A DNA stretch of 63,767 nt, filler included, from Squatina squatina (GCA_031763465.1; 4 parts of 4 records of this genome joined end to end with filler, not necessarily neighbours in it), one strand, 5' to 3'. Shown: positions 25,508-39,400, counted from the whole stretch's first letter. Notes: generated by a model not told the origin, from the letters alone. Program-made: numbers and translations.

Positions 25508-28500
25508 TCCGACACTTTCAAACTCTGAAGACCTGCCCCTTAATTAAACACACCTGTGCTTTCAAACTGTGAAGAGAGACTTCTTACCTTTCAGTCTACT
25601 GTACTTTCGAACTGCGAAGAGAGACCCTTACATTTCATTCTCCTGTGCTTTGAAACAGTGAAGAGAGACCGCTAACCTTTCTCTCTCCGACACTTTCATA
25701 CTCTGAAGATGGCCCCCTTACTTTTCAATCTCCTGTGCTTTAAAACTTTGTAGAGAGACAATTAACTTTCACTCTCCTATCTTTTCAAACTGTGAAGAGA
25801 GAACCTTACCTTTCACTCTCCTGTACTTTCAAATGGTGAAGAGAGACCCCTTACCTTTCAGTCTCCTGTAATTACAAACTGTGAAGAGAGACCACACACC
25901 ATGCACTCTCCTGTGATTTCAAACTGTGAAGAGTGACCGCTTATCTTTCACTCTCCTTTACTTTCAAAATATGAAGAGAGACCCCTTACATTTCACTCTC
26001 CTATGCTTTCAAACTGTAAAGAGAGACCACTTACCTTTCGCTGTCCTACACTTTCAAACTCTGAAGACAGACCCCTTACCTTTCAATCTCCTGCACTTTC
26101 AAACGGTGAAGAGAAACCCCTTATCTTTCACTCTCCTGTACTTTCAAACTGTGAAGATAGACGCCTTATCTTTCAGTCTGCTGTACTTTCAAACTGTGAA
26201 GAGAGACCCCTTACCTTTCACTCTGCTGTACTTTCAATGTGTGAAGAGAGACCGATTACCTTTCAATCTCCTGCGCTTTCAAACTGTGAAGAGATACCCC
26301 GTACCTTTCACTCTCCTGTACTTATAAATTGTGAAGAGAGACCCAATACCTTTTACTCTCCTGTGCATTTCAACTGTGAAGAGAGACTCCTTACTTTTCA
26401 CTCGCCTGTACTTTCAAAATGTGAAGAGAGACCCCTTACCTTTCACTCTCCTGTGTTTTCTATCTGTGAAGAGAGAGCCTATATCTTTCACTCTCCTGTA
26501 GTTTCAAGCGCTGAAGACAGACCCAATACCTTTTACTCTCCTGTGCTTTCAAACTGTTAAGAGTGACCCCTTACTTTTCACTCGCCTGTACTTTCAAAAT
26601 GTGAAGAGAGACCACTGACCTTTCATTCTGCTGTGCTTTCTAGCTGTGCAGATAGACCACTTATCTTTCACTCTCCTGTGTTTACTATCTGTGAAAAGAG
26701 ACCACTTACCTTTCACTCTCCTGCACTATTAAACTGTGAAGAGAGACCCTTTAACTTTCTCTCCCCTGTACTTTCAAACTGTGAAGAGAGACCCCTTACC
26801 TTTCACTCACCTGTGTTTTCTATCTGTGAAGAGAGATCACTTAGCTTTCACTCTCCTGTGCTATCAAACTGTGAAGAGAGACCCCTTATCTTTCACTCTC
26901 CTGTACTTTCAAACTCTGAAGTGAGACCATTTAACATTCACTCTCCTGTTCTTTCAAAATCTGAAGAGTCACCCCTTACCTTTTACTCTCCTGTACTTTT
27001 TTAACTGTGCAGAGAGACCCCCTGGCTTTCACTCTCCGTTCCTTTTACTCTCCTGTACTTTCAAAGTGTGAAGAAGGAACCCTTACATTTCACTCTCCTG
27101 TACTTTCAAAGTGTGAAGAGAGACGCCTTACTTTTCTCTCTCCTGCAATTTCAAAGTGTGAAGAGAGACCGATTACCTTTCATTCTCCTGTACTTTCAAA
27201 GTGTGTAGGAGAACCCTTACCTTTCACTCTCCTGTGTTTTCAAACTGTGAAGAGAGACCCATTAGCATTCAGTCGCCTGTGCTTTCAACCTTTGAAGAGC
27301 GACCACTTATTTTTCACTCGCCTGTGCTTTCAAACTGTGAAGAGAGACCCCTTACCTTTCAACCTCCTGTAATTTCAAATTATGAAGAGAGACCCCTTAT
27401 CTTGCACTCTTCTATAGTTTCAAACTGAACAGAGAGCCCTTATCTTTCACTCTACTATACTTTCAACCCCTGAAGTGAGACCAGTTAACATTCACACTCC
27501 TGTGCTTTCAAACTCGGAAGAGTGACCCCTTACCTTTCACTCGCCTGTGCTTTCAAACTGTGAAGACAGACCCCATATCGTTCACTCTCCTGTACTTTCA
27601 AACTGTGAAGAGAGACCGCTTACCATTCACTCTCCTGTACTTTCAAAGTGTGAAGAGAGACTGTTTACCTTTCTCTCTCCTGTACGTTCAAACATTGAAG
27701 AGAGACCCGATACCTTTTTCTCTCCTGTGCTTTCAAACTGTGAGGAGAAAAAGCCTTACCTTTCACTCTCCTGCACTTTCAAATTGTGAAGAAAGACCCT
27801 TTCCAGTTCACTCTCATGTACTTTCACGCCGTGAAGAGAGACCCCTTAAATTTCAATCTCCTCCAGTTTCTAACTGTGAAGAGAGCCCCCTTACTTTTTA
27901 CTTGACTAAACTTACAAAACGCGAAGATATACACCTTATCTTTCACTCTTATGTACTTTCAAACTGTGAAAGAGACCCATTATCTTTCACTCCCCTGTAT
28001 TTTCAAACTCTGAAGTGAGACCATTTAACATTCACTCTTCTGTGCTTTCAAACTTTGAAGAGTGACCACTTATCTTTTACTCCTGTAGTTTCAAACTGTG
28101 AAGGCAGAACCCTTAGCTTTCATTCTCCTGTGCTTTTAAACTGTGAAGAGATACCACTTATCTTTCGCTCTCCGACACTTTCAAACTCTGAAGAGAGCCC
28201 CCTGGCCTTTCACTCTCCTATCTTTTCAAACTTTGAAGAGAGATCCTTACCTTTCACTGCCCTGTGCTTTCAAACTGTAAAGAGTTACCACTTACCATTC
28301 GCTCTCCGACACTTTCAAAGTCTAAAGAGAGCCCCCTTACTGTCCTCTGCTTTCAAACTGTGAAGTGAGACCCCTTATCTTTCACTCTCCTATCTTTTCA
28401 AACTGTGAAGAGAGAACCTTACCTTTCACTCTCCTGTACTTTCTAACTTTGGAGAGAGACCCTTACCTTTCATTCTCCTGTGTTTTCAAACTGTGAAAAG

Positions 28501-31500
28501 ATACCTCTTACATTTCGCTCTCCGACACTTTCAAACTCTGAAGGGAACCCCCTTACGTTTCACTCTCCTGTGCTTTCAAACTGTGAAGAGATACCAATTA
28601 CCTTTCACTCTCCCACACTTTAAAACTCTGAAGAGAGCCCCCTTAGTTTTCACTCTCCTATCCTTTCAAACTGTGAAGAGAGACCCCTTTCCTTTTACTC
28701 TCCTGTACTTTCAAAGTGTGAAGAGGGAACCCTTACATTTCACTCTCCTGTACTTTCAAAGTGTGAAGAGAGACCCCTTACCTTTCTCTCTCCTGTACTT
28801 TCAAAGTGTGAAGAGAGACCGCTTACCTTTCACCCTCCTTTACTTTCAAAGTGTGAAGAGGGACCCGTTACCTCTCATTCTACAGTACTTTAAAACTGCG
28901 AAGAGACCACTTAACGTTCACTCTCCTGCTCTTTCAAAGTGTGAAGGAGACCCCTGACCTTTCACGCTCCTGTGCTTTGAAACTGTGAAGAGAGACCCAT
29001 TAGCTTTCAGTCGCTTGTGCTTTCAACCTGTGAAGAGGGACCCCTTATTTTTCACTCGCCTGTGCTTTCAAACTGTGAAGAGAGACCCCTTACCTTTAAA
29101 TCTCCTGTAATTTCAAATTATGAAGAGAGACCCCGTATCTTTCACTCTCCTATAGTTTCAAACTGTGAAGAGAGACCCCTTATCTTTCACCCTACTATAC
29201 TTTCAACCCCTGAAGTGAGACCAGTTAACATTCACACTCCTGTGCTTTCAAACTCGGAAGTGTGACCCCTTACCATTCACTATCCTGTGCTTTCAAACTG
29301 TGAAGAGAGACCCCTTAACTTTCACTCTCCTGTACTTTCAATCTTTGAAGAGAGACCGCTTACCTTTCAATCTCCTGTACTTTCAAACTATGAAGAGAGA
29401 CCCGATACCTTTTACTCTCCTGTGCTTTCAAACTATGAGGTGAAAAACCCTTACCTTTCACTCTCCTGTACTTTCAAATTGTGAAGAAAGACCCTTTACG
29501 TTTCACTCTCATGTACTTTCACGCCTTGAAGTGAGACCCCTTAAATTTCACTCTCCTCCATTTACTAACTGTGAAGAGAGACCGCTTACTTTTCACTCGT
29601 CTAAACTTATAAAATGTGAAGAGAGACACCTTACCTTTCATTCTCCTGTACTTTCAAAATGTAAAAAGAGACCCCTTATGTTTCACTCTTCTGTCCTTTC
29701 AAACTGTGAATGAGATCCCTTATCTTTCAATCTCCTGTACTTTCAATCTCTGAAGTGAGACCTTTAACATTCACCCTCCTGTGCTTTCAAACTGTGAAGA
29801 GAGACCCCTTACCTTTCACTCTCCTGTAGTTTCAAACTGTGAAGACAGAACCCTTACCATTCACTCTCCTGTGCTTTCAAACTGTGAAGAGATACCACTT
29901 ACCTTTCGCTCTCCGACACTTTCAAATTCTGAAGATAGCCCACTTAACTTTCACTCTCCTATCTTTTCAAACTTTGAAGAGAGACCCTTACCTTTCACTC
30001 GCCTGTGCTTTCAAACTGTGAAGACAGATCCCTTACCTTTCACTCCCCTGTTCTTTCAAACTGTGAAGAGAGACCACTTACCTTTCGCTCTCCTACACTG
30101 TGAAACTGTCAAGAGGGACTCCTTATCTTTCACTCTCCTGTACTTTCGATGTGTGAAGAGAGACCCCATACCTTTCATATTCCTGTACTTTCAAATTGTG
30201 AAGATAGCCCACTTAACTTTCACTCTCCTATCTTTTCAAACTTTGAAGAGAGACCCTTACCTTTCACTCTCCTGTGCTTCAAACTGTGAAGAGAAAACCC
30301 TTACCTTTCGCTCTGCTAGAGTGTGAAACTTTGAAGAGAGACCACTTATCTTTCACTCTCCTGTACTTTCGATGTGTTAAGAGAGACCCCTTACCCTTCA
30401 TTCTGCTGTTCTTTCAAACTGCGAAGAGGGACTCCTTAACATTCACTCTCCTGTGCTTTCCAGCTCTGAAGAGTGACCGGTTACCTTTCACTCGCCTGTG
30501 CTTTCAGCTGTGAAGAGAGACCAATTATCTTTCACTTGCCTGTGCTTTCAAACTGTGAAGAGTGACCCCTTACCTTTCAATCTCCTGCAGATTCAAACCG
30601 TGAAGAGAGACCCCTTATTTTTCAGTCTCCTGTACTTTCAAATTTTGAAGAGAGACCCCGTATCTTTCACACTCCTATATTTTCAAACTCTGAAGTGAGA
30701 CCAATCAACATTCAATCTCCGGTGCTTTCAAACTGAGAAGAGAGACCCCTTACCATTCACTCTCCTGTACTTTTCAATGTGTGAAGAGAGACCACTTACC
30801 TTTCAATCTCCTGCGCTTTCAAACTGTGAAGAGAAACCCCTTACCTTTCACTCTCCTGTACTTTTAAACTCTGAAGAGAGACCCAATACCTTTTACTCTC
30901 CTGTGCTGTTCAACTGTGAAGAGAGAACCCTTACTTTTCACTCACCTGTACTTTCAAAATGTGAAGAGAGACCCCTGAAGTTTCATTCTGCTGTGCTTTC
31001 TATCTGTGAAGAGAGACCACTTGCCTTTCACTCTCCGGTACTATCAAACTGTGAAGAGAGACCCATTATATTTCACTCCCCTGTACTTTCAAACTGTGAA
31101 GAGAGACCACTTACCTTTCATTCTCCTGTGATTTCGATCTGCGAAGAGAGATCTCTTCGCTTTCACTCTCCTGCACTATCAAACTGTGAAGAGAGACCCC
31201 TTATCTTTCACTCTCCTGTACTTTCAAACTCTGACGTGTGACCATTTAACATTCACTCTCCTGTACTTTCAAGCTCTGAAGAGTGACCCATTACCTTTTA
31301 CTCTCCTGTACTTTCAAACTTGAAGACAGACCCCTTACCTTTCATTCTGCTGTAGTTTCAATCTCGAAAGAGATACTCCTTACCTTTCACTCTCCTGTGC
31401 TTTCAAACTGTGAAGAGATACCACTTACCTTTCCCTCTCCGACACTTTCAAATTCTGAAGAGAGCCCCCTTACGGTCCTCTGCTTTCAAACTGTGAAGAG

Positions 31501-34492
31501 AGACCCCTGACTTTTCACTCTCCTATCTTTTCAATCTGTGATGAGAGAACCTTACCTTTCACTCTCCTGTACTTTAAAACTGTGAACAATGACCCCTTAA
31601 CTTTCACTCTCCTCTGCTTTCAAACTGTGAAGAGAGACCGAATACCTTTTACTCTCCTGTGCTTTCAAACTTTGAAGAGAGAACCCTTACCTATCACTCT
31701 CCTGTACATTCAAATTGTGAAGAGAGACCCTTTACGTTTAACTCTCATGTAATTTCAAACCGTGAAGAGAGACCCCTTAAATTTCACTCTCCTCCAGTTT
31801 CTAACTGTGAAGATAGACCCCTTACTTTTCTCTCGTCTGTACTTTCAAAAGATGAAGACAGACCATTTAACATTCACTCTCCTGTGCTTTCAAACTCTGA
31901 AGACTGAGCCCTTACCTTTCATTCTCCTGTACTTTCAAAGTGTAAAGAGAGACCCCTTAAATTTCCCTCTCTTGTGCTTTCAAACTGTGAAGAGATACCA
32001 CGTACCTTTTGCTCTCCGACACTTTCAAACTCTGAAGAGGGCCCCCTTACTTTAAAATCTCCTGTGCTTTCAAACTGTGAAGAGAGACCCCTTACCTTTC
32101 ACTCTCCTATCTTTTCAAACTGTGAAGAGAAACCCTTACCTTTCACTCTACTGTACTATCGAACTGCGAAGAGAGACCCCTTACGTTTCATTCTCCTGTG
32201 CTTTCAAACTCTGAAGATATACCACTAACCTTTCGCTCTCCGACACTGTCAAACTCTGAAGAGGGCCCCCTTACTTTTCACTCTCCTGTGCTTTCAAACT
32301 GTGAAGAGAGACCCATTAACTTTCACTCTCCAATCTTTTCAAACTGTGAAGAGAGAACCTTACCTTTCACTCTCCTGTACTGTCAAACTGTGAAGAGAGA
32401 CCCCTTACCTTTCACTCTCCTGTACTTTCAAAGTGTGAAGAGAGACACTTATCTTTCATTCTCCTGTACCTTCAAACTGCGAAGAGAGACCCTTTACTTT
32501 CACGCTCCAGTACTTTCAAAGTGTGAAGAGAGACCCCTTACCTTTCACTCTTCTATACAATCAAACTGTAAAGAAAGACCCTTACCTTTCACTCTCATGT
32601 ACTTTCAAAACGTGAAGAGAGACCCATAAAATTTCAGTCTCCTGTAGTTTCACACTGTGAAGAGAGACGCCTTACCTTTCACTTTCCTGTACTTTCCAAC
32701 TGTGAAGAGAGAGGCCTTATCTTTCACTCTCTGTACTTTCAAACTGTGAAGAGAGACCCCTTATCTTTCACTCTCCTGTTCTTTCAAACTGTGAAGAGAG
32801 ACCACATAACTTTCACTCTCCTGTGCTTGTAAACTCTGAAGAGTGACCGCTTATCTTTCACTCTCCTTTACTTTCTATCAATGAAGAGAGACCCGTTACA
32901 TTTCACTCTCCTATGCTTTCAAACTGTAAAGAAAGACCACTTACCATTCGCTCTCCTACTCTTTCAAACTCTGAAGAGAGACCCCTTACCTTTCACGCTC
33001 CTGTGCTTTCAAAATGTGAAGAGAGACCCCTTAACTTTCAGCTCCTGTACGTTCGATCTGGGAAGAGAGACCCCTTACCTTTCACTCTCCTGCACTTTCA
33101 ATGTGTGAATATAGACCCCTTATCTTTCACTCTCCTGTGCTTACAAAGTGTGAAGAGAGACCCCGTAACTTTCACTCTCCTGGGCTTTCAAACTCTGAAG
33201 AGAGATTCCTTACCTTTCAATCTCCTGTGCTTTCCCCGTTTGACGAGAGACCCTTTACATTTTACTCTCCTCTGCTTTCAACGAGTGAAGAGAGACCCCT
33301 TACGTTCCACTATCCTGCACTTTCAAAGCGTGAAGAGAGACCCCTTACCGTTCACTCTCCAGTACTTTCAAACTGTGAAGAGATACCCCTTACCTTTATC
33401 TCTCCTGTGAATTCAAACTGAAGTGAGACCCATTACCTTTCACTCTCCTGTGCTTTCAAACTGTGAAGAGATACACCGTACCTTTCACATCCTGTACTTT
33501 CAAACTGTGAATAGATAGACCTTACCTTTCACTCTGCTGTGCTTTCAAACTATGAAGAGAGACCCCTTACCTTTCACTCTCAAGTGCTTTTAAACTGTGA
33601 AGAGAGACCCTTTATCTTTCACTCTCCTGTACTTTCAAACTGTGAAGAGAGACCCCTTATCTTTCACTCTCCTGTCGTTTCACTCTGTGAAGAGAGACCC
33701 TTTATCTTTCACTCTCCTCTACTTTCAAACTGTGAAGAGAGACCCCTTATCTTTCACTCTCCTGTAGCTTTAAATTCTGAAGAGAGACCCCTTACCTTTA
33801 AGTCTCCTTTACTTTCAAACTGTGAAGAGAGACTCCCTGACTTTCAGTCTCCTGTACTTTCAAACTGTGAAGAGAGACCCCATACCATTCAGGCTTCTGT
33901 GCTTTAAGCTGTGAAGAAAGAACCCTTACCTTTCAATCTCCTGTCTTTGCAAATTGTGAAGAGAGACCTCTTACGTTTCACTCTCATGTACTTTCAAACC
34001 ATGAAGTGTGCCCCTTATCTTTCACTCTACTCCAGTCTCAAACACTGAAGAGAGAACGCTTACCTTTCTCTCTCCTGTACTTTCAATCTCTGAAGACAGA
34101 CCCCTTATCTTTCACTCTCCTGTACTTTCATACTCTGAAGAGAGACACCTTAACCTTCACTCTCCTGTACTTTCAAACTGTGAAGAGACCCCTTACCATT
34201 CACTCTTCTGTGCTTTCACACTGTGAAGAGAGACCCCTTACCTTTCACTCTCCTGTACATTCAAACTCTGAAGAGTGACTCTTACCTTATGCTCTCCTTT
34301 ACTTTCAAACTATGAAGAGAGACCTCTTACGTTTCACTCTCCTATCCTTTCAAATAGCGAAAAGAGAACCCTTACTTTTCATTCTCCGATGCTTTCAAAC
34401 TGTGGAGAGTGACCCCTTAACTTTCACTCTTACATGCTTTCAAACTCTGAAGGGAGACCCCTTCCTTTTCACTATCCTGTCCTTTCAATGCT
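25508..34492. repeat. Satellite DNA, 45-bp monomer, about 200 diverged copies
   Basis: Consensus ACTGTGAAGAGAGACCCCTTACCTTTCACTCTCCTGTACTTTCAA, head-to-tail with no unique spacers. It produces the 15-aa periodic pseudo-ORFs (EERPLTFHSPVLSNC). Confidence 0.95.
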
Positions 34493-35513
34493 GAAATTTG
34501 TGAGGAGCAAAACCTGGGGGTGTGATCTAAGCTAATTCGAGATATTGACAGGTTTTGCAGGCCGTTCCAAATGGCTCCTCACTTTGCGCACGCTGCGTCC
34601 CTGGCCAACATGAAGTCGGACACTGGGCAGGTTTATTTTTACATTGACATCGAAAATCTTCATGAGCAGTAGCGCTTAAGGATAGTTCGTACCTTTTTTT
34701 CACAAAAAGCGGCCTATCTCACAAAAGGCCTCCGATTGCAAGTTAAGGCCCATTATTTCTGCGTTTAGTAATTCCAGTGTGGGTGCTTGTTTAATTTTTC
34801 TCAACAACCAAGTGACCAGGACATCATCTCCTCGGGGATTTCCTGTACATATGCTCGGTGTATGTGGAGGATTGGCCCAGCTGCGTGGTAGCTTTCATCC
34901 CAGGAATGGATAATAACCCTCTGCACTCTGAAACTGGGGAGCGTCGAATGGTTTTGTTTCACCGTATGAAATGTGGCTTGGATCTTTTGGTATTAATCAA
35001 GACAGGGACTGTGAGTCATTGACGTTTGTTCATGTTTAATCACAGGAATATCTGCATCAGGAGCTGAGAAGCACGAAGAGCTGAACAACGCAAGAAATAG
35101 GACAAAAATATGAGAAATAGTGATGAACTCTATTGTGATTCTGGTCCTTTACTGGTCAGGCACTCTCCGAATTAAACAAGTTTCGGAAATTAACTTTCTA
35201 AATAAAAATTTTGAACAATTATCATATATCACCAATTGATCTCCGCGAGTTCAAAGATTAATCACCATTCATTAAACAATGGTCTTTTTTAGCAGAATGA
35301 GCGACATGTTGAAATGGTTATTGCAGATATTTAGACAGTTCGCCAATTGAACTATACAGATTAGAAAAACTTTAATCATTGCTGAAATTTTAGCCACAAG
35401 CTGATTTTACATTCTTTATGTTACGAGTCTGGTACAAAAAATGCAATGCAGAGGAGGCAAGGAACCTGGAGTTTCTTTTTGAGAATTCACAGCAGATATA
35501 TTATCCAAAGTAA

Positions 35514-35586
35514 TGTTTCCACAGGGGCTCCACACAGGGATCTTTCATGCGTGAGGCAAATGTGCTAACAGTTACACTCCAGAAAC
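35514..35586 (-). pseudogene. tRNA-Val(CAC) pseudogene
   Basis: Reverse complement GTTTCTGGAGTGTAACTGTTAGCACATTTGCCTCACGCATGAAAGATCCCTGTGTGGAGCCCCTGTGGAAACA is 73 nt and colinear with vertebrate tRNA-Val-CAC. The T-loop/B-box is destroyed. Confidence 0.75.
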
Positions 35587-36145
35587 CGCTGCTTAGTTCA
35601 GCACCCGGAGGAAATCTTCAGCCACAAGCTGAAATTCTGAATCACTGTTTATGCAATAAACCGCAACAATATGGTTCAAATATATTCCTTCCAACGCCAT
35701 TGTACTCCCGAATTGCCACCCCCTGAATCTTCTCTGTCAGATGCCGATAGTTTTGCGAACACAATCATTGTCCCTTTGCATTGTTCTATTTCCAAACTAC
35801 GTACTGATTTATAAATATAGAGAAAAACTGAGGCCCCAGTTCAGATCTCTGAGGAACAGGACTCGTCAAATCCTGTCAATTAGAGAACATTCCCATTCTC
35901 CTTACTCTCAATTCCTGTGCAATGTTCACACTTTGCATTAAATTTGATCTTAACGTGTTAAAAGAATATGAAACGTGAAAACACTGTGTAAGTGCTATGA
36001 TACGAACCGAAAACATTGCCAGATATTTAACCTGCGCAGCAGGAATGTACTTCAGGAGCCTGTTATTTTCAGAGCTTTCTGGACGCAAGTTGAGGATTTC
36101 AGCATCTCACTGAACACTTAATCCAGGTATGGAGCAAAACTGAGG

Positions 36146-36215
36146 GTTTCATGTTGTAGCGGTTATCACCTTCACTGTACACGTGCAAGCTCTCAGCGTC
36201 CAAATCACAGAAATA
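36146..36215 (+). pseudogene. tRNA-Val(TAC)-like pseudogene
   Basis: GTTTCATGTTGTAGCGGTTATCACCTTCACTGTACACG keeps the Val D-arm motif TGTAGCGGTTATCAC and TACAC. The 3' half is decayed. Confidence 0.6.
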
Positions 36216-37029
36216 TAACGTAAAATATGTTATGTTCTTTGAAATAAAAGAAACCAATTGATCCCCAGGTTCTTTTTCTCAAAAGCAATGAACAGGCTAT
36301 AACAGTGCCATAAAATCCAGATGGTTTAACATCAGGCAGGTTATAAAAACATAGCAATCATTAAAGTTTTGCAAATTCCAGAAGTTCATTTATCGAAGTT
36401 TCTGACTGTCCCTCAGTAAACATGTTTACTCATTCATCAAAACAACGCCGATAGTTAATGAATGGTGATTATTTACAACCTGCCTATCCCCACGCCTCTG
36501 CAGATTGAAGAGGTAAAGGTTATCAATTATTTTTTTTTAAATTGAATAATTATTTTCTGAATCTGGGTTACATCCGTGAGTGGCTGACCACGAAACTACA
36601 AGGGGACACTTTGAACAGTTCATCCTAATTGCTCACACGTCTTATCTTTTCATCTTTTACGTTTCCAGCTCTTCGCTCTATTCAAATCTTGACTGCGCAT
36701 ATTCCTGCGAATAAATATGTAGAAAAAGCAGCGACTCACAGTACCTGCCTCCGATAATACAAGCAGATCTGAGTAGCATTTCAGACCCCGTCCCAACCCC
36801 GTTAGCTAATCGCTTTTCCCCCGTTCCAGACACCAGGGGCTTATTATCCATCCCTGGGATTCAAGCTAACAGGCACACGGGCCCAACCTCCACATCCACC
36901 GAGCACACGCACAGGAAAACGCCGGGAGAAGATATCTCATCGACTGGGTGTACCAGCAACATTGAACAAGCTTCCGGACTGGAATGTTCAAAAAGTGGGA
37001 GTGCTGAGTTGCAATTGAAACATTTACCA

Positions 37030-37095
37030 GTCAGCATGGCTGAGCGGCTGAGCACTGCCTTCAGACCGATGTGGCTTCGAATTGAACTGCTGGCA
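37030..37095 (+). pseudogene. tRNA-Leu(CAG) pseudogene with variable arm deleted
   Basis: GTCAGCATGGCTGAGCGG...TTCAGA...GTGGCTTCGAA...CTGCTGGCA aligns to GTCAGGATGGCCGAGCGG...TTCAGG...GTGGGTTCGAA...CTCCTGACA. Confidence 0.65.
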
Positions 37096-37209
37096 GCTGT
37101 TACTTTTCATTAAGAACTCATTTTCAAACCACAGTGAAGGGCTTTGGGACAGCTATGTAATTTAATAAAATTACTTCACTTTAGTTAAACAGACTGATAT
37201 CAAAATTAC

Positions 37210-37247
37210 TTCCCTAACTGGGAATTGAACTCTGGACACAAAGGTGA
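37210..37247 (-). pseudogene. 3' half of a tRNA-Glu gene
   Basis: Reverse complement TCACCTTTGTGTCCAGAGTTCAATTCCCAGTTAGGGAA vs tRNA-Glu TCACCGCCGCGGCCCGGGTTCGATTCCCGGTCAGGGAA. It breaks at the anticodon into (GATTT)4. Confidence 0.6.
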
Positions 37248-38344
37248 TTTGATTTGATTTGATTTATGAACCATTTAAAAGTGCCCTCTGAAAATCTTTC
37301 ACTGCTGGTTTGAAAACACTGTTGTAAATTATTTCGAGACAAATGGAGGGGATTGAAAATGATATTATAAACACCAGGGAGTGCCCACGCTGAGACACAG
37401 TTGAAATTCTAATGAAGTTGTTGCGATGTAATTCCTGAGCTAAACCTGCTGCCAATCGACGTTTGAGGTACCCTCGAGGATCACCTCACAGATATCAGGG
37501 GCAACACAGTTTTCTTAGCTGCAAACACCCTGCTTTCTTATTCAACACAGGAAGAAGAGACATGGACGGGAGACAGACGCCACATCGTTCAGTTAAAGGC
37601 ACATATTTCAGGAACAATTACAGTGTGGAACCTGAAAATGAGCTCGGTGGGGTTTTATCTTCGTGGCAGATACTATTTACTTTGTATTAATTCCTGTAAC
37701 ATTTGACAGATCGTGCCCCAAATTCCTGATGTCATCTGCGGTGAATCTTTCGAACCGGACACCAAAATACAGTGTGTAAGTTGCAAAATGGTTCAACAGT
37801 TAACATGCAAAGCACAGAACAAATAACTGTTATATTGACTCCAAGGCAGCGAGCTTTCATTGTGCAGAAGCAGTTTATCGGCTAATTAAATATGCCTTCC
37901 CGTGAAAGCCACTTAAAAAAGTTAACCGAAAATTATTCACTTAAATATAGTCTCGAAGCTACTGCCTTGGAATTAACAGTCTCAAACCATCCTGGAGTGA
38001 GCGGCTCGGCCTTTTCAAAGCTCTTGTCGCTGTCGCCGCTTGCAGCCAGGAAACTGTCGAGTCCACCCCAGGGGTTTAACTTCTTCTGCAAACGACGGAC
38101 CAGTTTCTACTGAATTGCAAGATTTGTAGGAACATCAGCCATCAAAAGCCCATTCATTAAAAACAGCGGTTCAGACAATTTCCTAATCGCAAATCACATT
38201 TAGTCCTTGTCAATATCTCTTGTCTATTTCCTGGTGTTCCCCGATTGTGTTTGCCTCCCTGGCTCTGTTTAATCTGTGTGTGGCCACGTGCAGTTTCATT
38301 NNNNNNNNNNNNNNNNNNNNNNNNNNNNNNNNNNNNNNNNNNNN

Positions 38345-38356
38345 TTAATTAATTAA
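38345..38356. other. Artificial contig linker
   Basis: Identical N-flanked TTAATTAATTAA. Confidence 0.95.
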
Positions 38357-38624
38357 NNNNNNNNNNNNNNNNNNNNNNNNNNNNNNNNNNNNNNNNNNNN
38401 TCCTGGCCACTGGTGGCGCTGCTGAGCCCTGCGTCCCCGGAGCAGGCTCTTGGGCCTTCCACAGCCAAGAACAGCGCCTCAACCTGCACCGCCCCAGGAC
38501 TCAGCAGCACAAAAGCCGAATTCCCCGAGTCCCTGGGGCAGTCGGCATCGAGCGCACATGGGGCGAGTGGTTGCGCATTTGCACTGGCAACGCAGGCCGA
38601 CTAAATTTCACCTCCACCCCCACC

Positions 38625-39400
38625 GTGTTTCCTGACCTTAGTCATGAGTGTACTATGCCGTACTGTATCAAAGAAATCCAAATATACTACTTCTACTGCA
38701 TTGCCCTTATCTACACTTTCTGTTACTTCTTCGAATAAGGTTGGCCAAGCATCACCTTCGTTTTGGAATCTGAGCTGCCAGCTCTTTATTATATTTTCAG
38801 TTGCTCGATACATCTTTGAGTCAGGATTCTATTTTCGTTCCGACTGCCGATATTAAGCTAATTGGTCTATAGTTCCCTGGAATTGTTCTATCTTCCTTTT
38901 TAGATGAGGGAATCACATTAGCTGTCTGCCAGTCTTCTGGCACTATTCCCTTTTCTAATAAATTGTTATATATATGTAATAGTGCCTCAACTTCTTTCAA
39001 TATGCACAGATGCAATTCAGGGGTTTATCGTCTCTAAGTTTGATTTGCTTATCAATTATCTCCCGCCTATCTATCTTAAATGTCTTCATATCTTTTTTGA
39101 GCTCTTCTAATGCCATATCCTACCTTGTTAGTCTCCCTGGTGAATACTGAGGCAAAGTAACTATTCAATAATTCTGCCATTTCACTGTCAGAACCTGTGA
39201 GTTTATTGTGTGCATCTCTAATAGCAATATCCCTATCTTGATTTTACTTTTGTTGTTTATGTATCTGCAGAATACTTTACTATTTCTTTTCATATTCCTT
39301 GATAATTTGATAGCTCCTCTTGACTTTCCTAATTTTTTTTAACATCTTTCCTAAGCTCTTCATCTTCCCTTTAGTCATTCTCTCCTTTATAGTCTATGTA
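38625..39400 (-). mobile_element. CR1 LINE ORF2 fragment
   Basis: GIVPEDWQTANVIP...PGNYRPISLIS and VDKGNAVEVVYLDF. Confidence 0.85.

Noticed and set aside
25508-34492. CRISPR array or 15-aa repeat protein
   Set aside because: The monomers are head-to-tail with no unique spacers, no cas genes are present, the context is eukaryotic, and frequent indels and stops break every frame.
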